This document shows, one piece after another, positions 48,666 to 59,832 of a stretch of 64,000 nucleotides of DNA. Source of the DNA: an uncultured Bdellovibrionales bacterium (lineage in GTDB: Bacteria; Patescibacteriota; Minisyncoccia; Moranbacterales; UBA9337); assembly GCA_964605525.1 (NCBI GenBank), contig CAZSCV010000001.1, positions 172,645-236,644 of the forward strand, read 5' to 3'. Position numbers and translations under genes: made by a program. The notes under the pieces were generated by a model, which was given only the letters and a program-made list of their open reading frames with translations, did not search any database and was not told the origin of the DNA. The first letter of the stretch is position 1. Each line of letters opens with the position of its first letter.

Positions 48666-49106
48666 ATGGCAGAGGAAATTAAAAAAACTGAAAATGTGCA
48701 AACAGAAGCAACTGGCGCGGCTGAAATATCCGGGAAAAAGATCAAGAAAGGGAAGCGTCAAGTTTCCAAGGGAAGAGCGAATGTGCGATGCACTTATAAT
48801 AACACTATCATTACAGTTTCTGATATCAACGGAGCCTCTTTGGGCTGGTCCAGTTCCGGGTTGTTAGGATTTAAGGGTGCAAAAAAATCGACCCCGTATG
48901 CAGCTACTCAAGTGGCGGCTGACGTTGCCGAAAAGGTGAAAAAGTATGGAGTGCGCGAATTGGCGGTTTTCGTAAACGGAGTTGGCGGCGGAAGAGAAGC
49001 TTCTATTCGCGGATTGGCAAATAATGGATTTGAAATTACTCAGATAAAAGATACTACCCCGATTCCTCACAATGGATGCCGGGCAAAGAAGCCAAGAAGA
49101 GTTTAA
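48666..49106 (+). CDS. rpsK: 30S ribosomal protein S11
   Basis: TYNNTII, GFKGAKKSTPYAA, DTTPIPHNGCR. Confidence 0.98.
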   Translation: MAEEIKKTENVQTEATGAAEISGKKIKKGKRQVSKGRANVRCTYNNTIITVSDINGASLGWSSSGLLGFKGAKKSTPYAATQVAADVAEKVKKYGVRELAVFVNGVGGGREASIRGLANNGFEITQIKDTTPIPHNGCRAKKPRRV

Positions 49107-49127
49107 TGAATATAACGTAAAATAATT

Positions 49128-49517
49128 ATGGCAAGAATAGCTGGAATTAATATTCCCGATGATAAAAGAATAGAAATTTCCCTTACATATATTTTCGGAG
49201 TGGGACGCTCAACCAGCGTTAAGATTTTGAATTCTCTGGAAATCAATAAGGATACAAGAACAAAGGATTTAACCCCCGAGGAAGTGAATAATCTGAAAGA
49301 AGAAATTGAAAAGAAATACCGCGTAGAAGGAGAATTGAAACATCAGGTTAAAATGAATATTAAAAGACTTAAGGAGATTGGATGTTATCGAGGTCTTAGG
49401 CATCAAAAAGGATTACCATCCCGCGGACAGCGAACCAAGACCAATACTAGAACAGTAAGAGGAAATACCCGTCGAACGATGGGAAGCGGAAGAAAGTCTA
49501 CATCGGAGAAAACCTAA
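49128..49517 (+). CDS. rpsM: 30S ribosomal protein S13
   Basis: [28 protein letters not shown]. Confidence 0.98.
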   Translation: MARIAGINIPDDKRIEISLTYIFGVGRSTSVKILNSLEINKDTRTKDLTPEEVNNLKEEIEKKYRVEGELKHQVKMNIKRLKEIGCYRGLRHQKGLPSRGQRTKTNTRTVRGNTRRTMGSGRKSTSEKT

Positions 49518-49610
49518 TGAAATGTTAAGATCGCTCCAAAGTTGCAATCGTTAAAAAAATACGGTTAAAATAGATTGAGCGATTATAACGAAATATAACG
49601 TAAAATAATT

Positions 49611-50243
49611 ATGGCTAGAGATACAAACGCAAGTTGTCGAAAATGTCGTAGAGCAGGAGAAAAGCTTTTTCTTAAAGGTGATCGTTGCGCCGGTTTGAAA
49701 TGCGCAATTGTAAGAAAAAATTATGCTCCCGGAGTGCATGGAAAGAAATTTTCTCGAGGACAAAGTGAATATGGAAAACAACTGGCAATGAAGCAGAAAA
49801 TCAAGAGAATTTACGGCGTTTTGGAAAGGCAATTCAGAAAGCATTTCAAGGAATCGGACAAGCGCCAAGGAATTACCGGAGATCTTTTGATGGCTCGTTT
49901 GGAATTGCGTTTGGATAACGTTGTTTATCGAATGGGATTCGGAAGTTCACGAAAGCAATCCCGGCAGTTGGTAAATCACGGACTGTTTAATGTAAATGGA
50001 AAAAAGGTTGATATTTCATCATTTAAGGTGGATATCGATGATGTGATTTCCATCCGCGATTCAAAGAAAGAAAATGAATATTTCAAAAAACAGTCGGAAA
50101 TTTTGAAAAATAAGAAAGATTTTCCTTCCTGGATTTCATTTGATGAAGCGAAGATGGAAGGAAAAATAGTTGCTATGCCGAAACGGGATGAAATTGAAAT
50201 AGGTGTTGATCCCCAAATGGTAGTTGAATATTATTCCCGATAG
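49611..50243 (+). CDS. rpsD: 30S ribosomal protein S4
   Basis: CRRAGEKLFLKGDRC, LELRLDNVVYRMGF, VVEYYSR. Confidence 0.98.
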   Translation: MARDTNASCRKCRRAGEKLFLKGDRCAGLKCAIVRKNYAPGVHGKKFSRGQSEYGKQLAMKQKIKRIYGVLERQFRKHFKESDKRQGITGDLLMARLELRLDNVVYRMGFGSSRKQSRQLVNHGLFNVNGKKVDISSFKVDIDDVISIRDSKKENEYFKKQSEILKNKKDFPSWISFDEAKMEGKIVAMPKRDEIEIGVDPQMVVEYYSR

Positions 50244-50366
50244 AAACTGGCAGGAGAGGTTAATTGTATCTGATTCAAGAATTAGGAGCGTCCAGATATT
50301 AATTATAAATAATTTAAATTGATGTTTCGGCAATTGATATGCCGGACAATCAATAAAACATAAGAA

Positions 50367-51338
50367 ATGCAAACAATATCTATCCCAAAAAAACCTAAAT
50401 ATGTTCACACAGGTGATAATAGCGGAAAATTCGTTATCGAAGGATGCTATCCCGGATATGGAACAACTCTCGGCAATTCATTGCGAAGAGTGCTTCTTTC
50501 CTCTTTGGATGGAGCGGCTGCCACATCGTTGAAAATAAAAGGCGTTTCCCATGAATTTTCGACTATCGACGGAGTGATGGAAGATGTTGTACAAATTATT
50601 CTTAATTTAAAATTGGTTCGATTTAAAATGTTTTCTGATGAACCGGTGAAAGTTTCCGTGAAACATAAGGGAGAAGGAGAAGTAACTGCTAAGATGATAA
50701 AGTGTTCTTCTAATGTTGAAGTTATCAATGGTGATCAAATATTGGCAAACCTTACATCTAAAGATGCTGAATTGGATATGGAAATTGAGGTTGGCAAAGG
50801 TATTGGTTATGTTCCAGTAGAGCAAACAGAAAAAGATGAAAAAGAAATAGGCGTGATTACTCTCGATGCGATTTATACTCCGATAAAAAGAGTGAATTAT
50901 GAAGTTGAAAATATGCGCGTAGGAAAGAGAACTGATTTCGATAAGATTACATTGGAAATTATTACCGATGGAAGTTTGACTCCGGAAGAAGCTTTTCTTA
51001 AGGCGAATAAAATTTTGATGGAACAATTTGCCGCACTTTCCGAAATAGGCATAGGAGATGATATTGAGAAAGTAGAGAAGATTGCAGAGGTGGAAATTGT
51101 CGCAGAAGAGGAAAAAGAAGAAGTGGAAGATCCGAAAAAAATCAAGATTGAAGATTTGAAAAATATATCAACCAGAACTCTTAATGTTTTGCAACAGAAT
51201 AAAATTTCAAAAGTAAGTGATATTTTGAAATTTACCGAAGATGATTTCAAGGAATTGGAAGGAATGGGAGAAAAGGGTGTAAAAGAAGTAAAGAAGGTTA
51301 TCGGAGGTTATGGGTTGACATTGAGACATAAAAAATAG
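50367..51338 (+). CDS. rpoA: RNA polymerase alpha subunit
   Basis: GYGTTLGNSLRRVLLSSL, HEFSTIDGVMEDV. Confidence 0.98.
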   Translation: MQTISIPKKPKYVHTGDNSGKFVIEGCYPGYGTTLGNSLRRVLLSSLDGAAATSLKIKGVSHEFSTIDGVMEDVVQIILNLKLVRFKMFSDEPVKVSVKHKGEGEVTAKMIKCSSNVEVINGDQILANLTSKDAELDMEIEVGKGIGYVPVEQTEKDEKEIGVITLDAIYTPIKRVNYEVENMRVGKRTDFDKITLEIITDGSLTPEEAFLKANKILMEQFAALSEIGIGDDIEKVEKIAEVEIVAEEEKEEVEDPKKIKIEDLKNISTRTLNVLQQNKISKVSDILKFTEDDFKELEGMGEKGVKEVKKVIGGYGLTLRHKK

Positions 51339-51427
51339 CGGTGTAAATTGCGAATCAACTCTGATTTAATCCCGAATTATCACAGATATTAGTGAAAAAT
51401 TCGAGTAAATTAGGGATTTATATAATC

Positions 51428-51793
51428 ATGAAACATAAGAAAGCTGGAAGAAAATTTGGTCGGGTAAGAAGTCAAAGACGGGCGTTGCTCCGAACGATTC
51501 TTGGAAGTTTGGTAATGAATGAAAAAATTACAACTACCGAGGCGAAAGCAAAAGAAATAAAATCCCTTATCGATCCGATTATCAATAAGGCAAAAGTTGC
51601 AAAAAAAGATTCAATCAAAAAAGTTGCAATTTTACGGGATTTGAGGATTGTAATTCCTGTTATGGCAGTTCGAAAATTATCCGGAAGTTTTTGCCAGAAA
51701 TTTGAAGCAAGGAATAGTGGCTATACCAGAGTTGTAAAGTTGCAACCCAGAAAAAGCGATAGCGCCAAGATGGCAGTAATTGAATTTGTGTAA
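51428..51793 (+). CDS. rplQ: 50S ribosomal protein L17
   Basis: MKHKKAGRKFGR, ITTTEAKAKE, GYTRVVK...DSAKMAVIE. Confidence 0.97.
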   Translation: MKHKKAGRKFGRVRSQRRALLRTILGSLVMNEKITTTEAKAKEIKSLIDPIINKAKVAKKDSIKKVAILRDLRIVIPVMAVRKLSGSFCQKFEARNSGYTRVVKLQPRKSDSAKMAVIEFV

Positions 51794-51806
51794 TTGAAAA
51801 AAATTT

Positions 51807-52196
51807 ATGGAAAGGAAATATCATTTGTTTAATGCAAGCGGGAAAGTGTTGGGAAGATTGGCTACTGAAATCGCCCTTGTTTTGAGCGGTAAGAATAAAG
51901 TTGATTTTACGCCAAATGTTGATGGCGGAGATTTTGTTGTGGTGATAAATTCAGATAAGGTTTTGGTTACCGGAAATAAACCGGAAGGGAAAGTTTATCA
52001 TCATTTCAGCGGTTATCCTGGTGGAATCACTTCCATAAATTTCAAAGATCAATTGAAAAAGGATTCTACTAAATTGATAAATTCTGCTGTTCATGGAATG
52101 CTTTCAAAAAATAAATTGCGCGCTAAAAGGTTGAAGCGTCTTTTTGTATATAAAAATGACCAACACGGACACAAGATAGAGATTGAGCATAAATAA
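51807..52196 (+). CDS. rplM: 50S ribosomal protein L13
   Basis: LGRLAT.IA..L.GKNK..FTPNVDGGDFVVVIN, SGYPGG. Confidence 0.97.
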   Translation: MERKYHLFNASGKVLGRLATEIALVLSGKNKVDFTPNVDGGDFVVVINSDKVLVTGNKPEGKVYHHFSGYPGGITSINFKDQLKKDSTKLINSAVHGMLSKNKLRAKRLKRLFVYKNDQHGHKIEIEHK

Positions 52197-52225
52197 ATAA
52201 AATATTTAGACTTAAGATATAAAAT

Positions 52226-52705
52226 ATGGCTATTAAGGAACAAGAAATAGAAGAAAAAGCAACAATTGAGAAGGTTGCGAAAGAAAAAAAAGTTGACGCG
52301 AAAGCGGACAAATATTTTTATGCTGTCGGAAGAAGAAAGGCGGCTGTTGCTCAAGTGAGAATATATATGAAAGACAAGGCCGGAGACAGTGATTTGATTG
52401 TGAATGAAAAGAAAATGAGAGATTACTTTGCGCTGGCTTCTTTGCAGAATATTTTTCTTGCTCCACTTAAGTCTTCCGGTTTTCAGAATAAGGTGAAAAT
52501 TTCAGTTTTAGTTAAAGGTGGAGGAAATAACAGCCAAGCGGAAGCTACCCGATTGGGAATTGCCAGGGCTTTGGTTGTTTTTGATGAAGATTTGAAAAAA
52601 ACTCTCAAGGCGGAAGGATTTTTAACCAGAGATTCAAGAAAGGTGGAAAGAAAGAAGCCGGGACTCAAAAAAGCCAGACGTTCTCCGCAGTGGGCGAAGC
52701 GCTAA
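52226..52705 (+). CDS. rpsI: 30S ribosomal protein S9
   Basis: GRRK, LTRDSRKVERKKPGLKKARRSPQWAKR. Confidence 0.98.
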   Translation: MAIKEQEIEEKATIEKVAKEKKVDAKADKYFYAVGRRKAAVAQVRIYMKDKAGDSDLIVNEKKMRDYFALASLQNIFLAPLKSSGFQNKVKISVLVKGGGNNSQAEATRLGIARALVVFDEDLKKTLKAEGFLTRDSRKVERKKPGLKKARRSPQWAKR

Positions 52706-52727
52706 AAAACATATCTTATATATTTTC

Positions 52728-52760
52728 AAAATTCCCCGATGCAAATCGGGGAATTTTTTT
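52728..52760 (+). terminator. Intrinsic terminator of the ribosomal protein operon
   Basis: aaaattccccgat-gcaa-atcggggaattttttt. Confidence 0.85.
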
Positions 52761-52914
52761 ATTGCAAAGGTTGTGGATAAGTTTATTTGGCGGAAGAGGA
52801 AATAAATGATATGATATCATTATTAAGAGTGTGGATTGTTTATTTTTAATTCAGATAAAAAAAACAGAAAAGATTTCTCAACAAAAATAAAATAATGTGG
52901 TAATATAATCGTAT

Positions 52915-55389
52915 ATGGGAAGACGTAAAAAAAACTCGGATAACGAGCCAAAAATAGAAAGCGAAAATGAAAAGATGCATTTTAATATCCATTCGGATGC
53001 CAAGCGAAGCGTGGCGGCTGTTTTTTTGTTTTCTCTGGCAATTCTTTTTGTTTTTGGATTTTTTGATGGCGCCGGAGTTCTGGGAAATTATTTGGATAAG
53101 ATCGGCGGTTCAATATTCGGCTGGGGAAAATGGTTATTTCCTTTTGTGCTGTCAGTTGCGGGAGTGGTTTTGCTTTTGCGAAAAAAAACCAGTTATTATG
53201 TTACCAAACTTGTCGGATTAGCCCTGGCTTTTTTTAGCGTTCTGGGTTTTTTCCATATTTTTTTTGATGCGGAAAAATTTTCCAAGATTGCCAAAGCCGG
53301 AGAAGGCGGAGGATATATCGGAATGGCGGTTGCCTATGTTCTTATTAAATTTACAGGAGAAGCGGCCGGGGTAGTGATTTTGTCGGCGGTTTTTTTGATG
53401 GGAATTATCATCGCTTTTAATTTTTCTTTAATGAGTTTGTGGAAAAAATTATTTTCTTCTCCGGAAAATAAAGAAGAATCGGTGCAGAAAGAGGATGCTT
53501 TGCTTGCTAAAGAGGATGTTGCCAAAAAAATTGACGAAGAAATAAAAGAGAAAGATGTAATTGAAAGTAAACCCGAGGTCGGAGAAAAGCAAGAGGATAT
53601 CGGAAATAATATTAAAAAAATCGAATTTGTGGAAAATTCTGAAGAAGATGCAAAAAACGATATTGAAAATGGAAAGGGAAAATTGGATAAAAAGAAGCTT
53701 AACGCGGGGATTGCATATTCAAGATTGGAAAAAGATAATGTAAAAAAGGGATTTTCCGCGCATGCCATTGGAAATAACTGGCAACTTCCTCCGCTTGGAA
53801 TTCTGGAGGTTTCCACGGGAAAGGCGCAAGGGGGAGATACTGAAAAGAAATCTGAAATAATAAAAAGAACTTTCAGTTATTTTGGAATTGAAGTTGAGGA
53901 AGGCGATATTCTTGTCGGTCCAACCGTGACGCAATACAGTTTCCGCCCGGCAGTTGGAGTAAAATTGAGCCGGATAACTTCTTTGGGAGCTGATTTGTCA
54001 TTGGCTTTGGCGGCGCACCCTATTCGAATTGAAGCTCCTATTCCTGGAAAATCCCTGATTGGAATTGAAGTGCCGAATAAAACGGTAGCGTCGGTGCGTA
54101 TGCGCGATGCCTTGGAAGATGTTTTATTTCGGGATTCAAGTTCGACCATGAACCTTATTCTGGGAAAAAATGTCGGAGGAAAATTTGTTTTTAAGGATTT
54201 GAGAAAAATGCCTCATTTGCTTGTCGCTGGGGCAACAGGAACAGGAAAAAGCGTTTGCATAAATTCTATCTTGATGTCATTGCTCTATCAAAATACGCCG
54301 GATGATTTGAGGTTGGTCCTGGTTGATCCTAAGCGAGTGGAACTTTCTTTGTATAACGGAATTCCTCATTTGCTTTCGGATGTTATTGTGGAAAATAGCA
54401 AGGTTATTAATGTGTTGAAATGGGCGTTGGGAGAAATGGAACAGCGTTATCGGCTTTTGCAGGATACCGGATCGCGCGATTTGGATTCTTACCACTTGAA
54501 ACTTGCCGGAGGAAAAAAGAGAAAATTTATTGATCCTGATACGGGCAACGAAGTGGAAGAGGATTTGAAAAAACTTCCATACATTGTCATTATTATTGAC
54601 GAACTGGCTGATTTGATGGCGGTTCATGGCAAGGAAGTTGAGGGAGCGATTATTCGTTTGGCGCAAATGGCGCGAGCAATCGGTATTCATTTGATTGTTT
54701 CAACTCAGCGTCCAAGCGTAGAAGTTTTAACCGGATTGATAAAAGCAAATATTACTACCCGTATCGCTTTGCAGGTGGCAACGCAAATTGATTCTCGAAC
54801 AATTTTGGATATGGCCGGGGCGGAAAAATTATTAGGAAGAGGGGATATGTTATTTTTATCTTCTGATTCAGCAAAACCGGTAAGAGTCCAAGGGGTTTTA
54901 ATTGAGGAAGAAGAAGTTCGAAAAGTGGTTAAATTTTGGAAAAGACAAAAAGATAATCTTGTCAATGAGGATGATGAGCCTGAACTCGAACTGGATCTTG
55001 GAAAGGCTAGTTTGGAAAATGGAGGATCTTTGGGAAAAGGAATATCTTCGCATCAAGAGATTGATTTTAGCGCATCGCCAATGGAATCTTTCGATCAGAG
55101 TGATGATTTGTACGAAGAAGCAAAAAGAATCGTAGTTGAATCTAAGCGCGCATCTTCATCTTTATTGCAAAGGAGATTGAGAGTGGGCTATACTAGAGCG
55201 GCTCGATTGGTGGATATGCTAGAAGAAAATGGTGTGGTTGGACCTGCCAATGGTTCGAAGCCGCGAGAAATATTGACTGCGGGCAGTTCAATTTCTATTG
55301 GCGAGGTTGAATCTTTTGATTCAGAAGAAAATGAAAATAATAATAGAAATGATAAGGAAGATGAAATAACTGATAAGTGGCAGATATAG
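52915..55389 (+). CDS. ftsK: DNA translocase FtsK/SpoIIIE
   Basis: 4TM N-terminus, PHLLVAGATGTGKS, IIDELADLM, gamma domain SLLQRRLRVGYTRAARL. Confidence 0.97.
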   Translation: MGRRKKNSDNEPKIESENEKMHFNIHSDAKRSVAAVFLFSLAILFVFGFFDGAGVLGNYLDKIGGSIFGWGKWLFPFVLSVAGVVLLLRKKTSYYVTKLVGLALAFFSVLGFFHIFFDAEKFSKIAKAGEGGGYIGMAVAYVLIKFTGEAAGVVILSAVFLMGIIIAFNFSLMSLWKKLFSSPENKEESVQKEDALLAKEDVAKKIDEEIKEKDVIESKPEVGEKQEDIGNNIKKIEFVENSEEDAKNDIENGKGKLDKKKLNAGIAYSRLEKDNVKKGFSAHAIGNNWQLPPLGILEVSTGKAQGGDTEKKSEIIKRTFSYFGIEVEEGDILVGPTVTQYSFRPAVGVKLSRITSLGADLSLALAAHPIRIEAPIPGKSLIGIEVPNKTVASVRMRDALEDVLFRDSSSTMNLILGKNVGGKFVFKDLRKMPHLLVAGATGTGKSVCINSILMSLLYQNTPDDLRLVLVDPKRVELSLYNGIPHLLSDVIVENSKVINVLKWALGEMEQRYRLLQDTGSRDLDSYHLKLAGGKKRKFIDPDTGNEVEEDLKKLPYIVIIIDELADLMAVHGKEVEGAIIRLAQMARAIGIHLIVSTQRPSVEVLTGLIKANITTRIALQVATQIDSRTILDMAGAEKLLGRGDMLFLSSDSAKPVRVQGVLIEEEEVRKVVKFWKRQKDNLVNEDDEPELELDLGKASLENGGSLGKGISSHQEIDFSASPMESFDQSDDLYEEAKRIVVESKRASSSLLQRRLRVGYTRAARLVDMLEENGVVGPANGSKPREILTAGSSISIGEVESFDSEENENNNRNDKEDEITDKWQI

Positions 55390-55432
55390 ATTAAAAATAA
55401 ATTAATTCGCGATATTATAAAAAAGGCTGATT

Positions 55433-56479
55433 ATGAATGGTTTTACGAGGAAAAAAGTGATGTCTCTTACTCTCGGGGAAAGACTTGGACAAATTAGGGC
55501 GGAAAGAAGAATGAGTTTAGGCGAGGTTTCGCGAGGTACTCGCATTCAAGCGAAATATCTTCAGTATTTGGAAAATGGCGAGTATGACAAGTTGCCGGCC
55601 CAGGTGTATGTGAAGGGATTTTTGAGAAGTTATGCAAACTTCATGGGAATAAACGAAAACCCGCTTATTAAATCTTACGAGAGAGAAAGAGGTATCCAAA
55701 ATAATATTAAAAGAGAAAGAGAAAATAATGGAAGCGAAAAAGATGGAAAACCTTTTTCAATTTCTACTTTTGCTATTACACCTAAGATAATTACATTGGC
55801 AGTCATTATTATTTTAGTATCAGGCGCTTTCTTTTATCTGTATAAGGAATTGGACAGTTTCATATCAACTCCCAGGTTAATTGTTAGTAGTCCGTTGGAT
55901 AATGAAACAGTTGAAGGGAGTCAGATATATATTGCCGGAAAAAGCGAGAAAGACGGAAGAGTTTTCATTAATGAACAGCCGGTAGTAGTAAATGATGAAG
56001 GAGAATTTAAGGAAGGTATCGGTTTGCAAAATGGTTTAAATATTGTGACGATTCGGGCAGTTAATCGATTTGACAAAGAAACCATAAAAACTTTATCAAT
56101 TTATTCCAATTATGATAATCCTGATATTATTATCCAAGATGAAAGAGGGGAAAATTCCAAGCAAGAAGCGAATGGAGAGGTAAAAATTTATGATAAAATT
56201 GATTTGGAGGTTGGATCAAAAGATGAATCCGTTTGGGTTTCGATAGAATCGGACGGAAAACTTGTTTTTACCGGAGTTCTTCAGCCGGGATCATGGCATA
56301 AAATTACAGCAAATAAAGAGGCTGTTGTCAGCTCCGGAAAAGGAAGTGAAACTTTAATAAAAATAAACGGCCAGGATAAAGGTGCTCTCAGTCAGGACGC
56401 AAGTCCGATAAAAGATGTAGTTTTCAATTTGGATGTTGTCAATAATGAACAGGGTGGCGAATTGGATTTGGAGCAATAG
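55433..56479 (+). CDS. RodZ-like HTH membrane protein
   Basis: TLGERL...[32 protein letters not shown]4115-like C-terminus. Confidence 0.85.
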   Translation: MNGFTRKKVMSLTLGERLGQIRAERRMSLGEVSRGTRIQAKYLQYLENGEYDKLPAQVYVKGFLRSYANFMGINENPLIKSYERERGIQNNIKRERENNGSEKDGKPFSISTFAITPKIITLAVIIILVSGAFFYLYKELDSFISTPRLIVSSPLDNETVEGSQIYIAGKSEKDGRVFINEQPVVVNDEGEFKEGIGLQNGLNIVTIRAVNRFDKETIKTLSIYSNYDNPDIIIQDERGENSKQEANGEVKIYDKIDLEVGSKDESVWVSIESDGKLVFTGVLQPGSWHKITANKEAVVSSGKGSETLIKINGQDKGALSQDASPIKDVVFNLDVVNNEQGGELDLEQ

Positions 56480-56522
56480 CAATAATTATAATTTCAGCAC
56501 TAATAAGCTAACGCGCAAATTT

Positions 56523-57545
56523 ATGAAAAAAGAAGTAAAGCCGAAAAATGAAGCAGGGCAGTTAAAAAGAAATATTGAAGAGGTTGTAGATGAAATAAAG
56601 GATAAATTCGGAGAAGGGATGTTGATGAAACTGGGAGAAATCAAAAAAGTTGATGTGAGAGCTATTTCTACAGGCTCTGTTTCATTGGATATTGCATTGG
56701 GAATCGGGGGCGTGCCAAGGGGGCGGGTAATTGAAATATATGGTCCTGAATCTTCAGGAAAAACAACTTTGGCTCTTAATATCGTGGCTAATGCGCAAAA
56801 AGATGGCGGAGTAGCGGCATTTATTGATGCCGAGCATGCAATGGATCCGGAATATGCAAAAAAAATCGGAGTAAATATAAATGATTTGCTTATTTCGCAA
56901 CCTGACGCAGGAGAACAAGCCCTGGACATCGTTGAAACTTTGGTGCGTAGCAATGCCATTGATGTGATAATTGTGGACTCAGTGGCGGCTCTCGTACCTC
57001 GTGCGGAGATTGAGGGTGAGATGGGTGATCATCATGTTGGGCGCCAAGCCCGTTTGATGTCTCAAGCTTTGCGAAAACTTACGCCAATAGTTGCTAAATC
57101 AAACACGATCGTTATTTTTATCAATCAGATAAGAATGAAAATCGGAGTGATGTTTGGAAATCCGGAAACAACTACCGGAGGGCAGGCTTTGAAATTTTAT
57201 GCTTCCGTGCGAATTGAAGTGCGTCGAAGCGCTCAAATAAAAAAAGGAGAAGATGTTGTTGGAAATAGAGTAAAAGCAAAGGTGGTGAAAAACAAAGTAG
57301 CGCCTCCTTTTAAAACTACGGAGTTTGATATTATGTATAATGAGGGAATTTCAAAATCTGGAGATTTGCTTGATACTGCCGCTAAATTTGAAGTGATCAA
57401 GAAATCCGGAAATTCATATTCATTTGGAACGGAAAAATTAGGAATGGGAAGGGAAAAAGCAAAGCAGTTTCTTAATGAAAATCCAAAAATTTACAAAGAA
57501 ATATCTCTTGAGTTGTACAAGTCGATAAAAAAAATGGAAGTCTGA
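56523..57545 (+). CDS. recA: Recombinase A
   Basis: [38 protein letters not shown]; start at 56523. Confidence 0.98.
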   Translation: MKKEVKPKNEAGQLKRNIEEVVDEIKDKFGEGMLMKLGEIKKVDVRAISTGSVSLDIALGIGGVPRGRVIEIYGPESSGKTTLALNIVANAQKDGGVAAFIDAEHAMDPEYAKKIGVNINDLLISQPDAGEQALDIVETLVRSNAIDVIIVDSVAALVPRAEIEGEMGDHHVGRQARLMSQALRKLTPIVAKSNTIVIFINQIRMKIGVMFGNPETTTGGQALKFYASVRIEVRRSAQIKKGEDVVGNRVKAKVVKNKVAPPFKTTEFDIMYNEGISKSGDLLDTAAKFEVIKKSGNSYSFGTEKLGMGREKAKQFLNENPKIYKEISLELYKSIKKMEV

Positions 57546-57614
57546 ATTTGCTTTCGGATTTTGCGGGTTTTCGTGTCATTGTTTAAAATTTAAAATAATG
57601 CATATATAGACAAT

Positions 57615-58412
57615 ATGGTTGATATATTCCAATCTGTTTTTTTGGGAATAATTCAAGGTGCCAGTGAATTTCTTCCAATTTCTTCTTCCGGGCACTTGAT
57701 TGTTATCCCTGAACTTTTTGGTTGGAAGGATCCGGGGCTGTATTTTGATGTGTCGCTGCATTTCGGAACGCTTTTGGCGGTAACGATTTATTTTTGGCGC
57801 GATTGGATGAAAATTATCTGTTTAGCTTTTGATCGCAACAAGAATAAACCTAAAGAAGGCGATTATAATTTTCAGACGCTTTGGATATTGGCAGCCGCTA
57901 CGATTCCGGGGGTTTTGGCGGGATTTTTTTTGGAAAATATTGCAGAAACGATTTTTCGCAATCAGCTGTTGGTGGCTTTCAATCTATTTTTTTGGGGAGG
58001 AGTTCTTTTTTATGCGGACAAAAAAAAATCCCAAAAAAGAGAATTCAAAGAGATTGGATTTGTTGACGGAATGTTTATCGGATTTTTCCAGATGCTGGCA
58101 GTAATCCCAGGAACTTCCCGCAGCGGAATTACAATAACAGCCGGCTTGATGAGAGGATTGGGGAGGGTTGAAGCGGCTAGATTTTCTTTTTTGATGATGG
58201 CACCGATTGTTTTCGGGGCAAGTATTTTGAAATTTGGAGATTTTATTTCTAATTTTAATATCCCGATGTTTTTGGGAATTGTCTTTTCGGCTATAAGCGG
58301 AATGGCGGCGATAAATTTTTTGCTTAAGTTTGTGGAAAAAGTCAGTTACCGAGTGTTTTTTTGGTATCGCACAATTCTGGCTCTTGTGATTGTGTTTTTT
58401 TATCTTTTTTAA
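57615..58412 (+). CDS. uppP: Undecaprenyl-diphosphate phosphatase
   Basis: QGASEFLPISSSGHL, PGTSRSGITI, AARFSFL. Confidence 0.95.
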   Translation: MVDIFQSVFLGIIQGASEFLPISSSGHLIVIPELFGWKDPGLYFDVSLHFGTLLAVTIYFWRDWMKIICLAFDRNKNKPKEGDYNFQTLWILAAATIPGVLAGFFLENIAETIFRNQLLVAFNLFFWGGVLFYADKKKSQKREFKEIGFVDGMFIGFFQMLAVIPGTSRSGITITAGLMRGLGRVEAARFSFLMMAPIVFGASILKFGDFISNFNIPMFLGIVFSAISGMAAINFLLKFVEKVSYRVFFWYRTILALVIVFFYLF

Positions 58413-58503
58413 AAATTGTGGTATAATACATCCGATATTGTTTTGATTTTTTGAAAAATATCGAAAAAAACGGATACGCAAGTCGTGAGATATAAAAATA
58501 AAA

Positions 58504-59823
58504 ATGAAAGAGCCTATAATAAAAACAAAAGATTTGCGGGTGATATATAATCAAGGGAAATCCAACGAGGTAAGATCATTGGAAGATGCCAATGTTGAAA
58601 TATATCCGCAGGAATACGTAATTATTTTCGGACCTTCCGGTTGTGGAAAGTCTACGCTTTTGTATTCAATTTCCGGATTGCAAGCTCCTACCTACGGAGA
58701 TGTTTTTATTGAAGGAAAAAAATTAGCAGAGATGAATAAGAAAGAAAGAGTTAATTTGCATCGGAATAATATCGGAATGGTTTTTCAAGCTTTTTACTTG
58801 GTTCCGTCGCTCAGTATTATCGGCAATGTCTGCTTGCCGAAGTCTTTTTCGGGAGTTGCAAAAAAAATCAGAGAAAAAGATGGGATGAAACTGTTGCAAC
58901 GTTTTTCTATCGCTGAACAGGCGACGAAATTTCCCAATGAACTTTCCGGAGGACAGAAACAGCGGGTTTCTATTGCGCGGTCGCTGATCAATAATCCGCA
59001 AATTATTTTGGCAGATGAACCGGTGGGAAATCTTGATAGTGAATCAGCGGAAAATGTGTTGAGAATTTTAAAAGAATTGAATGAGATAGACAAAAAAACA
59101 ATTATTCTCGTGACCCATAATCCGGAACATCTCCATTTTGCCGATCGGATTATCCATATGAAAGACGGAAGGATTGTGCGGGAAGAAGTGAATAAGGAGA
59201 AGCGCCCAATTGAGGTGGCAAAGAAAAAAGATGATGAGCCTGATTATCAAATCCCTGTTGAAATGAAAATTTTGATGAGGACATTTAAGAATTTGAATCC
59301 GCAGCAGTTGGGAGTTTTATTGATTCCGTTTAAGGCGAAACAATTATTGGATCACGTACTTTCCGAACTTACCGAATCCCAATTGAATTTGGCGGAAAAT
59401 TATTTAAAAGAATTACTTTTCCATAATATTGATTTGAGTGCGTTTGAAAAAGGATTGGATTTGGAATTTGAAAAGGGAGGTGCTAATTGGAACAAACAGC
59501 GCGCTCGTAAGTTTGCGTCCAGAATACATTCCATTTTAGAGGCAACAGAAATTCTCAATGATGAAGAAAATATAGAGAAACATCATTTGTTTATGGCGAA
59601 ATATTTGACTGAAAACTTTGATTTGAAATTTGATGAAAAATTGTACACAAGACTTCAATCCTTACTAAAGCTCAGAATGGAAAATAAAATTGACGGGTTC
59701 GGTTTGTCCGAAAAAATGGATCTTCCTGTCAAGCTTGGCGGATTGGGGATGTATAAAAATACTGCCGATAAAATTGTGCGGGAAGTGGAAGTGATTATGC
59801 TTTTGAAATATACGCGAGAGTAA
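58504..59823 (+). CDS. MacB/LolD-type ABC ATP-binding protein with long C-terminal extension
   Basis: GPSGCGKST, LSGGQKQRV, ILADEPVGNLD; about 200 extra residues. Confidence 0.9.
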   Translation: MKEPIIKTKDLRVIYNQGKSNEVRSLEDANVEIYPQEYVIIFGPSGCGKSTLLYSISGLQAPTYGDVFIEGKKLAEMNKKERVNLHRNNIGMVFQAFYLVPSLSIIGNVCLPKSFSGVAKKIREKDGMKLLQRFSIAEQATKFPNELSGGQKQRVSIARSLINNPQIILADEPVGNLDSESAENVLRILKELNEIDKKTIILVTHNPEHLHFADRIIHMKDGRIVREEVNKEKRPIEVAKKKDDEPDYQIPVEMKILMRTFKNLNPQQLGVLLIPFKAKQLLDHVLSELTESQLNLAENYLKELLFHNIDLSAFEKGLDLEFEKGGANWNKQRARKFASRIHSILEATEILNDEENIEKHHLFMAKYLTENFDLKFDEKLYTRLQSLLKLRMENKIDGFGLSEKMDLPVKLGGLGMYKNTADKIVREVEVIMLLKYTRE

Positions 59824-59832
59824 AAAATATTT

